DNA of 64,000 bases, taken from assembly GCA_043228905.1 (NCBI GenBank), contig JBHGNT010000007.1:20956001-21020000 (forward strand), given 5' to 3'. The DNA comes from Azolla caroliniana. Taxonomy: Eukaryota > Plantae > Polypodiophyta. Made by a program: the position numbers and the translations under genes. Below, piece after piece: positions 47,549-60,500 of this stretch (its first letter is position 1; each line of letters starts with the position of its first letter). Below the pieces are notes generated by a model that saw nothing but the letters and a program-made list of their open reading frames with translations, did no database searches and was not told the DNA's origin.

Positions 47549-50500
47549 TGAGGCTCCTCACATGGAATGTTCAGGGCTTGGGAGGTCCCTTATACCGAAG
47601 ATATAGAGGTAGGTTAAGGCAGGAATTACAAAAGTGTCTCACGAATGGATCGTTGGACATTATGATGTTTCAAGAACATCATTTGAATGAGCAAAGAATA
47701 AGGAACTATGGCACTATATTACCTGGTAGTTGGGAGATGTTTTGGTCCCCGGCTATTGGCACTAGTGGTACACAAGGCGGGGTGTGTATGGCAATTGCAC
47801 ATCATTGGAAATCAAGTATTATATGCAAAGAGATCATTGTGCCAGGAAGAGCACAATATATTGTATTACAAGATTTACATACAACTTGGGGTTACTTGAA
47901 TATCTACGCGCCAAATCATGCATCGGCTAGGAAACACTTTTGGTGTGAAATTACAAATGCATTACCAAATGTGTCTCATTGGTGTGTTGCAGGGGATTTT
48001 AATATGCTTGAGGACCCAGAGGATAGGAAAGGTGGGAGTGTTTCAACAATTCATGGGGAGGAATTAGCAGTATGGGAACGGATGTGTTTGAAATTGAGTA
48101 TTTTGGATGCATGGCATATGCCTAATGTTTATAGATCTCAGAATTCCTTGAGTTTCTCACGTTCGGATAGGAGAATAGCTGGAACCAATCTTTCAAGATT
48201 GGATAGATTTTATGTGGGGGAGGCCTTTGTCTTAAATGGGGGAAATATCACTAATATGCCAGGCACAACTTTCTCTGATCATGCTCCTGTTATATTGAGA
48301 ACCTTTGGGCAATCGAAAAGGGAGTCCATACGATTTAGGATACCCGAAAAAGTAATGTTACATGATAGATGGTATAATCAAGTGACAGATATTTGGCAGA
48401 ACAAAGATAATATGGATGCTCCCATTACAATCAAAGTGGCTTGTGCTTTGACGGAGATATCACAATATTTTGCGTTAAAATCAAGATCTGAATATATGGA
48501 ATATCTGGAGAAGGAAAGAAGGATGAGGGCAAGATTGATATCTTTGCAAAGATTGCAACAGGGTCGACCAGAGTGTGCGTGGATAGCTTCACATCTTGAA
48601 GAAGCCCGAAAACAAGTTCAACATATGGAAGAATGTCGTAGTCAATTTAGGTATCACAACTCTGCTTCAAGATGGACGCAAATTGGGGATAGATGTACAA
48701 AACAATTTTTTAATATTAAAGGCCCCAAAAGAGTCTCTAATGTAACCTGTTGTTTGCGGAATGAAAATGGCGAACTTGAAATGGATCCAAATGTTGTGCG
48801 GGTAATTGCCACGAAATTCTACGCTACCCTTTTGTCAGAAGAGCCTATCTCTGAGGAGATAAGCCAAAATAGAATGAAGGTCTGGGCGGAAATTCAACCC
48901 AAGGTTACTCAAGCAATGCAAGATTCATTGTTGTCACCTATTACAGAATTTGAGTTGGAACAAGCGCTACACTCTTTATCGGACAATAGTTGTCCTGGAG
49001 TGGATGGACTTACACCTAAATTCTACAAGAAATATTGGGGGATACTAAAGAAAGACTTAAAAGATGCTTACCAACATATGTTTGAAAGTGGAGAGATGCC
49101 CATGTCGTTATCTGAGGGGCTTATTTATCTTATACCTAAAACAGAAGGAGTTTCAGAAGATATTCGTAAGTGGAGGCCAATCACCCTCTTGAATACTAGT
49201 TATAAGCTATTTGCAAAGTTGCTTAGTTCTCGGTTACAAGAGGTATTACCAAAGATAATTCATGTATCGCAAACTGGTTTTATGAGGGAAAGGAGTATTA
49301 TGGATAATGTTTTTACATTTTGGGAGGCTACTGCAGTAGCGGTAAAAAACAAACAAAATCTAGCCGTGTTGCTTTTAGATTTTGAGAAAGCGTATGATAG
49401 GGTTGACTGGAATTTTTTGGAAGGTACTATGCATCACTTGGGCTTCAACACAGCATGGATTAAAGGTGTTTCTTGTCTTTATAGAAATGCACACAGTCAG
49501 GTGTTGTTGGCAGGTGGAGTAGGACCTCGTTTTAACATTACTCGATCAGTTCACCAAGGATGTCCACTTGCACCATTTTTGTTCCTTCTGTTTGCGGAAG
49601 CAATGCATGCATTTATATCATCACAATCTATAGGCTTGCGTGGTTTGGCAATGCCAATGCATGGACAAGATATATTGGACTCGGAATTTGCAGATGACAC
49701 TGCATTATATGTGGATGGGACTCTAACGAATTTGCAACAAGTACAAGGGGCTTTGTCACAGTTTTGTATAGCGTCTGGAGCTAAGTTAAATTGGGAGAAA
49801 ACTGTTGCATTTTGGGTAAGCAAGGAGCCGCCGCCTTGTTGGGCACCGCATCATACTTTCCAATGGACTCAAAGAGGAGTTGCGGTTCAATATCTTGGAG
49901 TGCAGGTTGGGATTGATTTGGTTCCAGAATTACATGCTGCACCATTACTATTAACTTTGAGGAAAAAATTATTCTTGTGGAGTCATGCTAAACTATCTTT
50001 GGCCGGTAGAGTGATAGTTGCCAACCATGTGCTACTATCTACGGTATGGTATATAGCCTCATCTTGGATTTTTTCAAAATCGTGCATTGGACAAATTCGA
50101 AGGCTGGTTAGGAATTTTATATGGGCTGGGGAAGATAAGAGTCATGTAAGAGCGAAGGTGGCTTGGAGTACATTGATAACCCCAAAACAATACGGTGGTT
50201 TGGGGATTATAGATCCATTAGACCAATGCATGGCCTTGTTAGCAAAACTAATAATTCGTGGCCTTTTACCAGGACATGCTCCTTGGAAGCAATTACTTAT
50301 GCAAAGATTGTATAGTTGTGCTCCGTCGATGGGTGGATTATGGGCTGATAGCATAAGGTGGATTTTTATACCAGACAAGAAACATGTTATGTCTAGGAAT
50401 TGGGAAGACAAATTTTTTAATGGTCTTCTACGAGCATGGCAGCATGTACATAAAGGGTTGGAACATGGTGTACCAACATGTGAGGACGAATACTTGAGAC

Positions 50501-51894
50501 AAAACTTAGTGTGGAATCCGAATATGCGTTTGCCATCAGGGCACATGTTGGGGTCCCGAACGCGATTGGATTGGGCCAAGCTCGATGTAGGGCCAGGAGC
50601 GTCCGTTGATGCATGGAAATCATTTCATACTCTGAATATAAATGACAGATCAGAATTCTTGTCTTCCTTGAGAGGGGGGCTGATTATGTGGGACCAAGTG
50701 CAGTCAGTTTTGGGGCACTCTGACGTTACGATATGGTCCTTTAACCCTCCCAAGTGGGAAGGAGCATTTACGAGGCTTCAAGTGCTAGTGGGGGTCAGGG
50801 GACATTTGTCTTGCGGACGATGTCAAGACTATGAGGTGGAGGAAGATGGCAGTATAAGTAGTGCAACGATACAAACAGACATCTTGCAATATGCTACATT
50901 TTCTAAAATAAGGGTCCTTGCTTATGACGGATCTAAGTGGCTCATCGACCCACAAGTTGAGGCGGTCAAGGAGCATTGGAAACTGAGAGTTTTTGAAAAG
51001 AAACCTTTGAGAAGGTTGCAATGGGATCCGGGAGAATTTTGGTGGAATGATCCGTTTGATCGTATGGGAATAAGGTATGGTTTTTTTCAGTATTCAGTTA
51101 AGATGGGACGACACATTTTGGCAGCTCAACGTAGGACTACACCACGAGCTAGTCAATTCTGGAACCACCAAGGGATCACATCGGAATTCCTAACAAAGTT
51201 TTGGGGAACATTATGGAAAAGGAAGCAAGATATGAAAATAAATGTCTTCCAATGGTTAGTAATACATAGAGCATTGCCAATTGGCCAATGGTTGCAACAA
51301 TTAGCTGCACCGACCGCATGCATCTATTGTTGTTGTCAGATGGAGACATTGAAACATTGCTTGTGGGAATGTCATGCTGCACAGCAAGTTTGGAGGCGAG
51401 TGTTCCGAGTTCTTGCCTTTATGTTTAGGGATTGCAGTTTTTCGTGGGGTATGGTAGTATGGGCCACAGTGGCACAAGTGGTGTGGCCATATGATGCATG
51501 CCCAAATGACACGATTATTAGAATTCAAAGAGGAAGGATAATGGCGGTGCAACAAAGTCAAATGGAGGCTCCTTACATGTTAAAGACAATGCAAGAGGTA
51601 TGGGAGCTACTATGCACCACCACAATGTGGTTTATTTGGACTGCTAGGTGTTCTAAGGTGTTTGGTAATACTACTATTCATCCAGTGGAAAGTACACGGA
51701 ATGTCTGGATGGAGATGGTACATACCTTGAAAGGACAGTATGAGGATATTAAAGGTGAGTCAGATGTTGCAGTGTTGCAACGTCTCGAATTTATTGTCTA
51801 TTGGAAGAAGACCCCTTTTCTCACAATACAAAATTCAAGACCTAAATGGTGCTTAGCGCCACCAGTATGGTTGTTCCCACCACCGATCACATAA
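47548..51894 (+). CDS. LINE ORF2 (APE endonuclease, reverse transcriptase, zf-RVT)
   Basis: TWNVQG, GDFN, SDH, QGCPLAP, FADD, CIYC...KHCLWEC. The ATG overlaps the ORF1 stop (TGATG). Confidence 0.97.
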   Translation: MRLLTWNVQGLGGPLYRRYRGRLRQELQKCLTNGSLDIMMFQEHHLNEQRIRNYGTILPGSWEMFWSPAIGTSGTQGGVCMAIAHHWKSSIICKEIIVPGRAQYIVLQDLHTTWGYLNIYAPNHASARKHFWCEITNALPNVSHWCVAGDFNMLEDPEDRKGGSVSTIHGEELAVWERMCLKLSILDAWHMPNVYRSQNSLSFSRSDRRIAGTNLSRLDRFYVGEAFVLNGGNITNMPGTTFSDHAPVILRTFGQSKRESIRFRIPEKVMLHDRWYNQVTDIWQNKDNMDAPITIKVACALTEISQYFALKSRSEYMEYLEKERRMRARLISLQRLQQGRPECAWIASHLEEARKQVQHMEECRSQFRYHNSASRWTQIGDRCTKQFFNIKGPKRVSNVTCCLRNENGELEMDPNVVRVIATKFYATLLSEEPISEEISQNRMKVWAEIQPKVTQAMQDSLLSPITEFELEQALHSLSDNSCPGVDGLTPKFYKKYWGILKKDLKDAYQHMFESGEMPMSLSEGLIYLIPKTEGVSEDIRKWRPITLLNTSYKLFAKLLSSRLQEVLPKIIHVSQTGFMRERSIMDNVFTFWEATAVAVKNKQNLAVLLLDFEKAYDRVDWNFLEGTMHHLGFNTAWIKGVSCLYRNAHSQVLLAGGVGPRFNITRSVHQGCPLAPFLFLLFAEAMHAFISSQSIGLRGLAMPMHGQDILDSEFADDTALYVDGTLTNLQQVQGALSQFCIASGAKLNWEKTVAFWVSKEPPPCWAPHHTFQWTQRGVAVQYLGVQVGIDLVPELHAAPLLLTLRKKLFLWSHAKLSLAGRVIVANHVLLSTVWYIASSWIFSKSCIGQIRRLVRNFIWAGEDKSHVRAKVAWSTLITPKQYGGLGIIDPLDQCMALLAKLIIRGLLPGHAPWKQLLMQRLYSCAPSMGGLWADSIRWIFIPDKKHVMSRNWEDKFFNGLLRAWQHVHKGLEHGVPTCEDEYLRQNLVWNPNMRLPSGHMLGSRTRLDWAKLDVGPGASVDAWKSFHTLNINDRSEFLSSLRGGLIMWDQVQSVLGHSDVTIWSFNPPKWEGAFTRLQVLVGVRGHLSCGRCQDYEVEEDGSISSATIQTDILQYATFSKIRVLAYDGSKWLIDPQVEAVKEHWKLRVFEKKPLRRLQWDPGEFWWNDPFDRMGIRYGFFQYSVKMGRHILAAQRRTTPRASQFWNHQGITSEFLTKFWGTLWKRKQDMKINVFQWLVIHRALPIGQWLQQLAAPTACIYCCCQMETLKHCLWECHAAQQVWRRVFRVLAFMFRDCSFSWGMVVWATVAQVVWPYDACPNDTIIRIQRGRIMAVQQSQMEAPYMLKTMQEVWELLCTTTMWFIWTARCSKVFGNTTIHPVESTRNVWMEMVHTLKGQYEDIKGESDVAVLQRLEFIVYWKKTPFLTIQNSRPKWCLAPPVWLFPPPIT

Positions 51895-52240
51895 CTTGGT
51901 TAAGGAGTGGTGGAGTGTTGAGGGATGGGACCTAAGGAAGAATGCACCAGATCAATGGTAGCTTGATGGTAGGTCAATTTTTTGTAATGTTGTTCATAAC
52001 TAATGAAAGGATATTTTTCCCGGAAAAAAAAAATATATATATATGTTGTATGGAACATACATACACACACACAAACATAACACACAACACACACATGAAA
52101 TACATACAATAAATGCAATTAAATAAAATGCAATACAATATGTACATAAAACACACATACCTATACACACATGCATACAATCCATACAATACCTATATAC
52201 ACATATAATGCACACATACATACACACATAACACGATATG

Positions 52241-52293
<53 letters not shown>

Positions 52294-52394
52294 CAATAAA
52301 ATAAAATAAAATACAATATGTACATACATACACACATACCTATATACACATATAACACATACATACATACACATATACACACATAACACAATAT

Positions 52395-52437
<43 letters not shown>

Positions 52438-52446
52438 ACACAATAT

Positions 52447-52481
<35 letters not shown>

Positions 52482-52866
52482 TAACACACATATACACATG
52501 CATACATACACACACACAAACATAACACACAACACACAACACACAACACACAACACACAACACACAACACACATGCATACCACATACAAACATATATGAT
52601 GTATGGAACATACATACACACAAAAACATAACACACAACACACATGCATACCACATACAAACATATATGACGTATGGAACATACATATACACACACAAAC
52701 ATAACACACAACACAGATGCATACCACATATGAACATATATGATGCATGGATCATACATACACACACATCACACATGCATACCACATTCACAATGCACAC
52801 ATAAACACATATATATGATGTATGGTTATATGAAAAGTGATAGGTGGGTCATTCTATGCGTAGATA

Positions 52867-55800
52867 ATGGATGAAGAATCTATCATTGAAGTGTTTGAGC
52901 ACGAGAGGGATGATGAAGATAAACCTTTGGGCATTGTAAGTGTGAGAGGAACTCTTACATATGCAATGATTCGGGTGGAAATAATTGAGGACGGTATATT
53001 TTACGAACCATTTTCCTTTGTGTACACAAAAAATAATATTTTGAATAGGAAACAAGAAGAGAAATGGCGTTTAAAAGAAAATAAAGTCTATATCAAGCCT
53101 AGTATTGATAAACAACAAAGAGTCTCTTCAAAAGAATCATGCACTAATGTTGAGGGTTCATTGTTGAGTCAAGCCGAGGACAATTTTAAAGATACATCTC
53201 CAATTGAAACAATCAAGGATAAGATTCCTAGAGATGTTTTAGGTAAATGGATGATAGAATGTAATAGGATACGTGTAAAATTAAGCAATGCTACAATTCC
53301 TCGAGATGATAAATTTGAGTTGAAGGTTGAGGATTTTTGTGGAAAAACAATCATAACATTATGGTGCAATGAGTGTGGAGAACCCTATGGTGCTGGTTAT
53401 ACAGAAGCAAAAGTCCCAAATGTGTGTCTTAATAATTTTTTTAGAAGTCATATTAAGAGCCAAAGTCATGAAAAACGATATTATGCTCGAAAGGGGTTAA
53501 GCCAACAAGATGAATCAATAAACTTCTCTAAAATAGATGACGAGGCCTATATCAAGTTTTCGTTGGAAGTGCTCAAGACTTTTAATGACACTACAAGTGG
53601 TAAGCATGTTTGTACTTTAAACCTTAATATTGTAGTTATGAATAATATGCTAATATATGTGAAAAATATTTTTTTATAGATGCAGAATTTGATTTAATAG
53701 AGGCAACACTTCATGAATATAAAGATAAGGCAATGGTGAAGGTAAACTGCAAGATTGATGGATCTTGGATGCCATTATGCCCTCCATGGAGTGATTTGTT
53801 AACAATTTTGTCTCAACACATACAATCCAAGACCCATCTAAAGGCAATGGAGATGGTTCGACATGCTAGTACACCAATAATGAGTGGATTTCCGGGCCGT
53901 CCACGAAAACAAGAACCTTTACCTTCAAATCAAGAAACCTTGAGCAAATTTCTTGTTTCAACCTTGCGACCTTCATCTAGTCAAGAATGTGAGTTCTCTA
54001 CTCCACATTATTTTGGTTTGTCACTGTTGTGTTGGGGATATTGGCATAACAACATAGTGATAAATGATGAAGAAATACATGTAAAATCATTTCGCATCGA
54101 TCAAAATCATGGAGCCTTATGGTTCTTTGAGCCTTACACCAAAGCTATTGTGATGTATGAGATGCAAGAGTGTGTTATTGATGGATGTTTTCGCCATTTT
54201 GATTGTAAAAGAGTATCGAAGATTGAAGAACCCTTTCATAATCTTACATGTGAAAAATGTAATGAAATTCCAAAATGTGATGATTTCCGTATGAGGGTGT
54301 ATAGGGAGCGTAGGGCTAAAGTCAAAAGAGGTAATCGAGGAACTGGGGAGGGTAGGCGACTAGATTATCTTACTAAAGAAGAGACAAGAAAGGAAATTTC
54401 AAGTTCTAAGTAAACTATCCGTCGCGCTCATAGACAAATATGGTCGCTAGCTTGCAAAGTTGCAATGCTTTCGGTAAAGGTAATGACTCTCAAGGAAGCA
54501 TCCCTTGAGAGTGTGGAACAGAAGGATGTTCGAAGATTTTGTAATAACATTATTGAGGCTCATCGAGCTGGAAATTTTGGTGGAAAGAATGCATTATGGG
54601 ATTTTTTGACAAATGTTGCACAAAACCTTACTCGAAAGCCACATGGACAATGATTTAAAGACACATCTAAGGCAATTTTTGTCATGATTAAAATGTGGGG
54701 TGAACCAAGATTACACGACTTTGTTTCTAAAAATTTAGATGGACCATCATTAAGCACTACAAAGAGAGTTGAGAGGAAAGCAACTAAATTCCTTCGAGGG
54801 ATCCATGATTATATATTTCAGGATGTGGCTAAGATTTATGAAAATGAAAAAAGAGTGCATGGCATTATAACAAAGGTTCCTTTCATTATTGTTGAGGATG
54901 AGACTGTGATTAAGCAGAATGTTAAGTGGGATAGCTCAAATGATTTACTTTTGGGTTTTTGTGGGCTGAAGTCATCCAATCATCAATGTGTCTCCGGTGG
55001 GTGACTCTAATGCTGGTTATGAAACCATTGTTAGCTCCTTTAAAGACTATGTGGTTGGACACTATGCTAGGGTGTTAATTGCGAATCCTCTTCACCCTAA
55101 ACTTCCACGATTAGTATTGGTTGTACAATGTACATGTAATTGCTTTGATGCAGATTTTGTAAAAGGCCAATGGAATGAAGTGGAAACTTTATGGGAAAAA
55201 CACCTCTCCACAAGTATTGGGCCAATTGTTGGACATGCATCGGATGGAGATAGTAGGAGAAGAAAGATTATGCTTCAAGATTACTTAACCCCAAGCATAT
55301 GCTTAAGATATAAATTGCCTTGGGATGGTTGGATCTTCACAGGTCAAATCCATAATGATATGGTTAGTTGTCTTCATGATCAAGATTTCATCCATAATGG
55401 AAAGAAACTTGTGAATGCACTAGATAATCCCTCAAGGCAATTAGTAATTGGGGATGTATGGATCACATTGAATCATGTGTCTTTGGTATATAATAACTTC
55501 TCTATTGATGCACATGGCTTAAGGGAATGTGATATTACGAGAGAAGATAGACAAAATTGGGCTGGAGCTCAAAGAATTGCAAATAGAAATGTTACTAATT
55601 GTTTAAAGATGTTATACCAAGGTGGAGAAGGTGTCAAAGTAAGAGAAAGAGGCTCTTTAGGAACACATGTATACTTGCATATATTAGATGACTATATTGA
55701 TATTTTTCTATCCCCTCATGAGAGCTTATTCAAGCATGTGGTACTTGCATCTAAAGTTGCATTCTTCTTTCAAATACGGAGATTATGGATTCTAGATAAT

Positions 55801-56676
55801 CCAATTTATAACTTAAAAAGTAATTTCATTAGTCGAGAAACATTTTTGGATATACAAATATCTTGTCACTTTGTAGTTTTACTTATAAAAATGTTTCGTG
55901 ACTTTTATCCACAACTAGAATGTCCATTGCATCTCACAAGGTCTGATGGAGTTGAGATATTTTTTAGTAAAATAGGGGGAAAGATGATGAAGAATGTGCT
56001 GAACACAATAAAAACTTCACAATGCATGAATGTGTGGAGAATGATGATGAGATTGCAATAAGTGAAGTTCGCCATGAATTGGATGCTATATTGGATGACA
56101 ACAATGTGAACTCTAAAGTCTCTTCATTTGTTCAAGTGGATGATAAGATTATATTTAAATCGACACTTGTGAGTCATCTAAATGGTAATCCAACATTGTC
56201 AAAGGATAGACTCACACGTGTAAGAGAAGGGGTCTTCTACTCATGTGAGAATGCAAATGATTTCCTAAATGGAAATGGGAACCTAATTGGGATTGGTTTA
56301 GATTGTGCTGTATTCTTTACTGAAGAAGATGTTAATTCAACAAGACCGAAAAGAAAAGGAATATCAAATAAAAATGTTGTTTGGTACTTAGGACGAGTAC
56401 AAAGGATGCGAAGAAAGATTGGAAATAAATTTGTGGAGTATAAGAGAGGAATTGACTTGATGGATAGACTTGAAGATGTTCAATTACAACTTGGTTGGTA
56501 TAGGAAGATTAAGGGGAGTAGATTATTTGCATATGATTTGACAGATATTAAAATGGTTGACTTTGAGTCAATTATTGGATTAGCGAACCTCACATATAAT
56601 GCAAAATGTGATAATCTATGTTAGATGAAAGCGATTGTAAAGTTTTCAACGATTTTCTTTTGGAAATGAAATCCAG
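52867..56676 (+). pseudogene. P-element/THAP9-like transposase with N-terminal C2H2-like zinc fingers; disabled
   Basis: Intron 53600-53679. Motifs EDETVI, GHASDGD, DQDFIHNGKK (DxxH), EDRQNW, SDGVEIFFSKIGG. Stops at 54411 and 54651; frameshifts near 55000 and 55980. Confidence 0.75.
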
Positions 56677-57439
56677 GTATGTATATATAAGCTGTTTTGA
56701 ATTATATACTTGCATATATGTACATATATAATATATATTAAAGTAACTTAATATTTATGCTTTTTATTTTAACAGGAAAAGGAGAAAAGAGTAGAAACCA
56801 AATATAAACCTACGGTATTCCAAATATATTTTTTGATTTCTTTACTTCCATGTATATTAAGATAATATTTACTTCCATGTATATTAAGATTTCTTGCTTT
56901 TGTTGTTACATTTTATGATTTAGGTCCAATGTTGAAGATGGAAACGACATGAAATTTACAACCTAAAATGAACTTCTTAGGGTTTTCTTTTTATATACTC
57001 AGTCTTTATAAGGGTAACCTTTATTGCAATAAGTTTTTAAAGTAGATATTGCAATAACAAAATGATTTATTTTATTTCATTTTGATTTGGGTAAGAGTAT
57101 GTGAATAGATGATGTCCTACATTTCAAATGGAAATATGAAGTAGGTTGCCATTTGTTTGATCCATGTGTTTGAGAAAAAATAATATTATGGCTTTATATG
57201 AGTCTATATCCATGAAACCAAACATAATGTTAATTTGTTAGTAATTTCATTATTGATATGCATTTTGGATTGCTCCATATATGCTCTTTGAGATGTATGT
57301 GTTAAGTTCAAGATTGTTTTATTGTAAATTACATTGTTTTTTATCACTCAATGTTCTTCATAAGTCTCAATAAACTAAAAACAAAAACTTATATGTGGCT
57401 TGTATTTTTTATACCTGTAGTGTTTTTGGGTAATGTTTC

Positions 57440-57542
57440 TGTTAAGTAATTAGGTAATTAACTAGGGTTAATTAGAGACCTATTATATGGTTACGTTAAG
57501 CAGCGGAAGATTAGTATGATATGCGCGTGAGAGTGTGTGAGA

Positions 57543-57576
<34 letters not shown>

Positions 57577-60500
57577 GTTACACTTGAATATAAAGATAAA
57601 TGGGGGATGATTGACTATATTGAAAAGTGTTATCAACATACAAAAATACCCACAATGAGGTATATATACAACCCATGTGCAAAGGTGCACATGTGTGGGT
57701 AGAACATAGGTACTTATGTGTAAGTCCTACATTAAATGTACTAAGGAGTGGAGGATCTAGAATATCCCACTTAAGTACAAGGTCCTATTTAAAGGCTTAA
57801 GGTCAACACATTAACTAGATTTGATCTAGGTAACTACTAAGTTACATGTGTTGACTAACTAGATTAAACTAGTTGAGCTTGATATCTCAACACGCCCCCT
57901 CAAGCTCAAGTGTGAGGCGTCCAACATCCGGTTTAGCTTCCTTCGGCTTTGTCGGCATCAGTGCGGCTTGCGGCTTTCTTCGCGGCATTGCGTGGCTCTC
58001 CGCGGCTTTGTTGTGCGGTGTTGCGCGGCTTTCTTCGCGTCTTCGCGGCTTTGTTGCGCGGTTCTCCGCATCTTCGCAGCCTCGTTGTGCGGCTCTCCGC
58101 GGCTTATTCTCCCCCTCAAGCCTGTGATGAAGGCTTGGATCCTCGGGCTCTTGTTCGGCCACTACCTTCATCGCGAGGGCATAGTGATGGGCCATATACT
58201 CGTTGTAGGTGTAACGAGTGACTTGGGTTTTCGCTCGTGATGAGCGGCGGAGTTTCTCGTTTGTCGATTTGAGCGCCTTCTTTACTCCGGGTGTCCTCAT
58301 GATGGGTACACCGAACTCACTGTCTAGTGAGCGAGCCGAATCATCCGAATCACGGTCGTCGAGGTGGACCTCGACTTCGTATTCGGGCATCTTACCTTTG
58401 CCTTTGTCCGATGTCGGACTTGGCCGCGACGTGTTTTCATCGTGTGGAGGCTCTTGTGGGCCAATTAGCTCGGTAGAGCTTGGATTGTCCTTCGGTGGAG
58501 GACTTGGCCGAGTTTCGTCGTCCGAGTTGGCGTTCAACTCTTCCTCGATCAGTTCGGATGGAGTCGCATCGGGCTTATACCAAGATGCTGATTCCTCAAA
58601 AACGATGTCGCGACTTATCCGCACCGCTCGGGTCGAAGGGTTGAAGCACTTGTACGCCTTTTTCGCGGACAAGTATCCTATGAGGATACATTCTTCCGAC
58701 TTCGCGTCGGGCTTCTCTCGACTTTCGTTCGGGATGCGTACATTCGCAATGCTTCCGAACACCTTGAGGTGCGAGAGGATGGACTTTCTTCCAACGAAGA
58801 TCTCGTATGGAGTAAGCTCGTGTACGCTATTTGTGGTGCATCGATTCATGAGATAGACGGCCGTGGATGCCGCTTCCGCCCAATAGAAGTTCGGCATGTG
58901 CTTCTCACGCATCATGGCGCGTGCTACCTCGAGTATTTGCCGATTCCTTCTCTCGGCTACTCCGTTTTGTTGGGGAGTGTGTCGGCATGAGAATTCTCTA
59001 CGAATGCCTTCACCTTGGAGGTAAGAGGTGAACTCGTCGGAGAAGTACTCCTTTCCTCCGTCCAATCGTAGGCATTGAATGTGCCGACCGGTTTCTTTCT
59101 CCACTTGGCTTTTGAGCCTTTGAAAGTGGGAGAGCACTTCGCTCTTCTTCTTCATCGGGTATATCCACACGTAGCACGAGTGGTCGTCGATGAAGGTGAC
59201 GTAGTAGCGGCATCCGCCGAGCGTCGGCGTTTGAGCCAGTCCCCATACATCCGAGTGTATGACGTCGAGGAGGCCTTTGCTTGTGGAGCTCTCCTTCGGG
59301 AATGGGAGTCGATGTTGTTTGCCGAGTTGGCATGCTTCACACACTCGGTCGACTCGTTTCGATTTGAAGGCCGGGAGTCCGATTACGACTCCCTTTGATT
59401 GCATTCTGCGAAGCCGTTGGAGGTTTACGTGGCTGATTCGCTTGTGCCACAACTCGATGTTTGTCTTGGTCTTGAGTCCTTTGGCGTACATGGCCGATTT
59501 TACCTCGTTTGAGTCGAGGATGAACAAGCGACCGTCTCTCCGTCCCTTGGCTATGAGTCGGCCGTCTTTCTCGATGAAGCAACCTTCATTGTTGAAGCGG
59601 ACTTGCATGCCTTGCTCCACAATTTGGCCAACCGAGACCAAATTCTTTGTTATTGTGGGCACGTGCAAGACATTCTTGATGCAAGTTTGCTCACCTTCTT
59701 TCCCGAATGGGACATCGCCGATGTGCCGAATGGGATGCAGAGTGTCGTCTCCGGTCTCTATGTAGACGGGTCGATCCGGCGTTCGCAAGTCGCGAAACCA
59801 CTCTTGGTGCGACGTCATGTGGTGCGAGGCGCCGGAGTCTACAAACCACGTGTGTTCGGAGTTGGAGGTGCTTGCGGAGTTTGCGGGATCGGAGGCCATC
59901 ATAGAGTTCGCTCTATGCCTCATCACGAAGAGTCCGCCGTAGTCTGCGTATTCCGCGTTCGCGGCGTAATTTGTGAGTTGCCGGCTTGTTGAGGCCGACT
60001 CGCTTCGTCTTTTTCGGCACTCCTCTTCACGATGGCCGATTTTGCCGCAATAGTTGCACGTAGGTGGCGTCGTTCGCCGACCTTGTTCGGCGTGAAAGCT
60101 CCCCCTTCTTGTGAAGGTTCCTCGATGGCTTCCGTTTCCTTGTCGAAATTGTGAATTCCCTTCGTGGGATAGGTCGAATTGACCTCTTCCGCGTCGACCT
60201 CGTCTATGGGCACCATCCGTATCAGAGAAGAGCATTTGTCCTCCCGATGTGTTGGTCTTTGGTTGAATGTGGTTTTCTTCGACCAATAACATTGATTGGA
60301 GGTTGAAGAACGAGGGAGGGGTATCTCTCGCCAAGATTGCCGTTCTCAACAGGTTGAATCGTTGTGCGAGGCCGCCCAAGCATACTTGCACCATCTCGTC
60401 CTCGTCGATGTTGACGTTGATGGAGCCAAGAGAGTCGCAAATGGTCTTGACCTTGGCGGTGTAGTCTGTCACGGACATTTCTTTTTGTCGTATGTTGTTC

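Larger units (their letters stand above)
45761..52036 (+). mobile_element. Intact L1-like LINE
   Basis: TSD ATATATATGTTGTATG (45745-45760, 52037-52052); poly-A at ~52024-52033; two uninterrupted ORFs. Confidence 0.95.
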
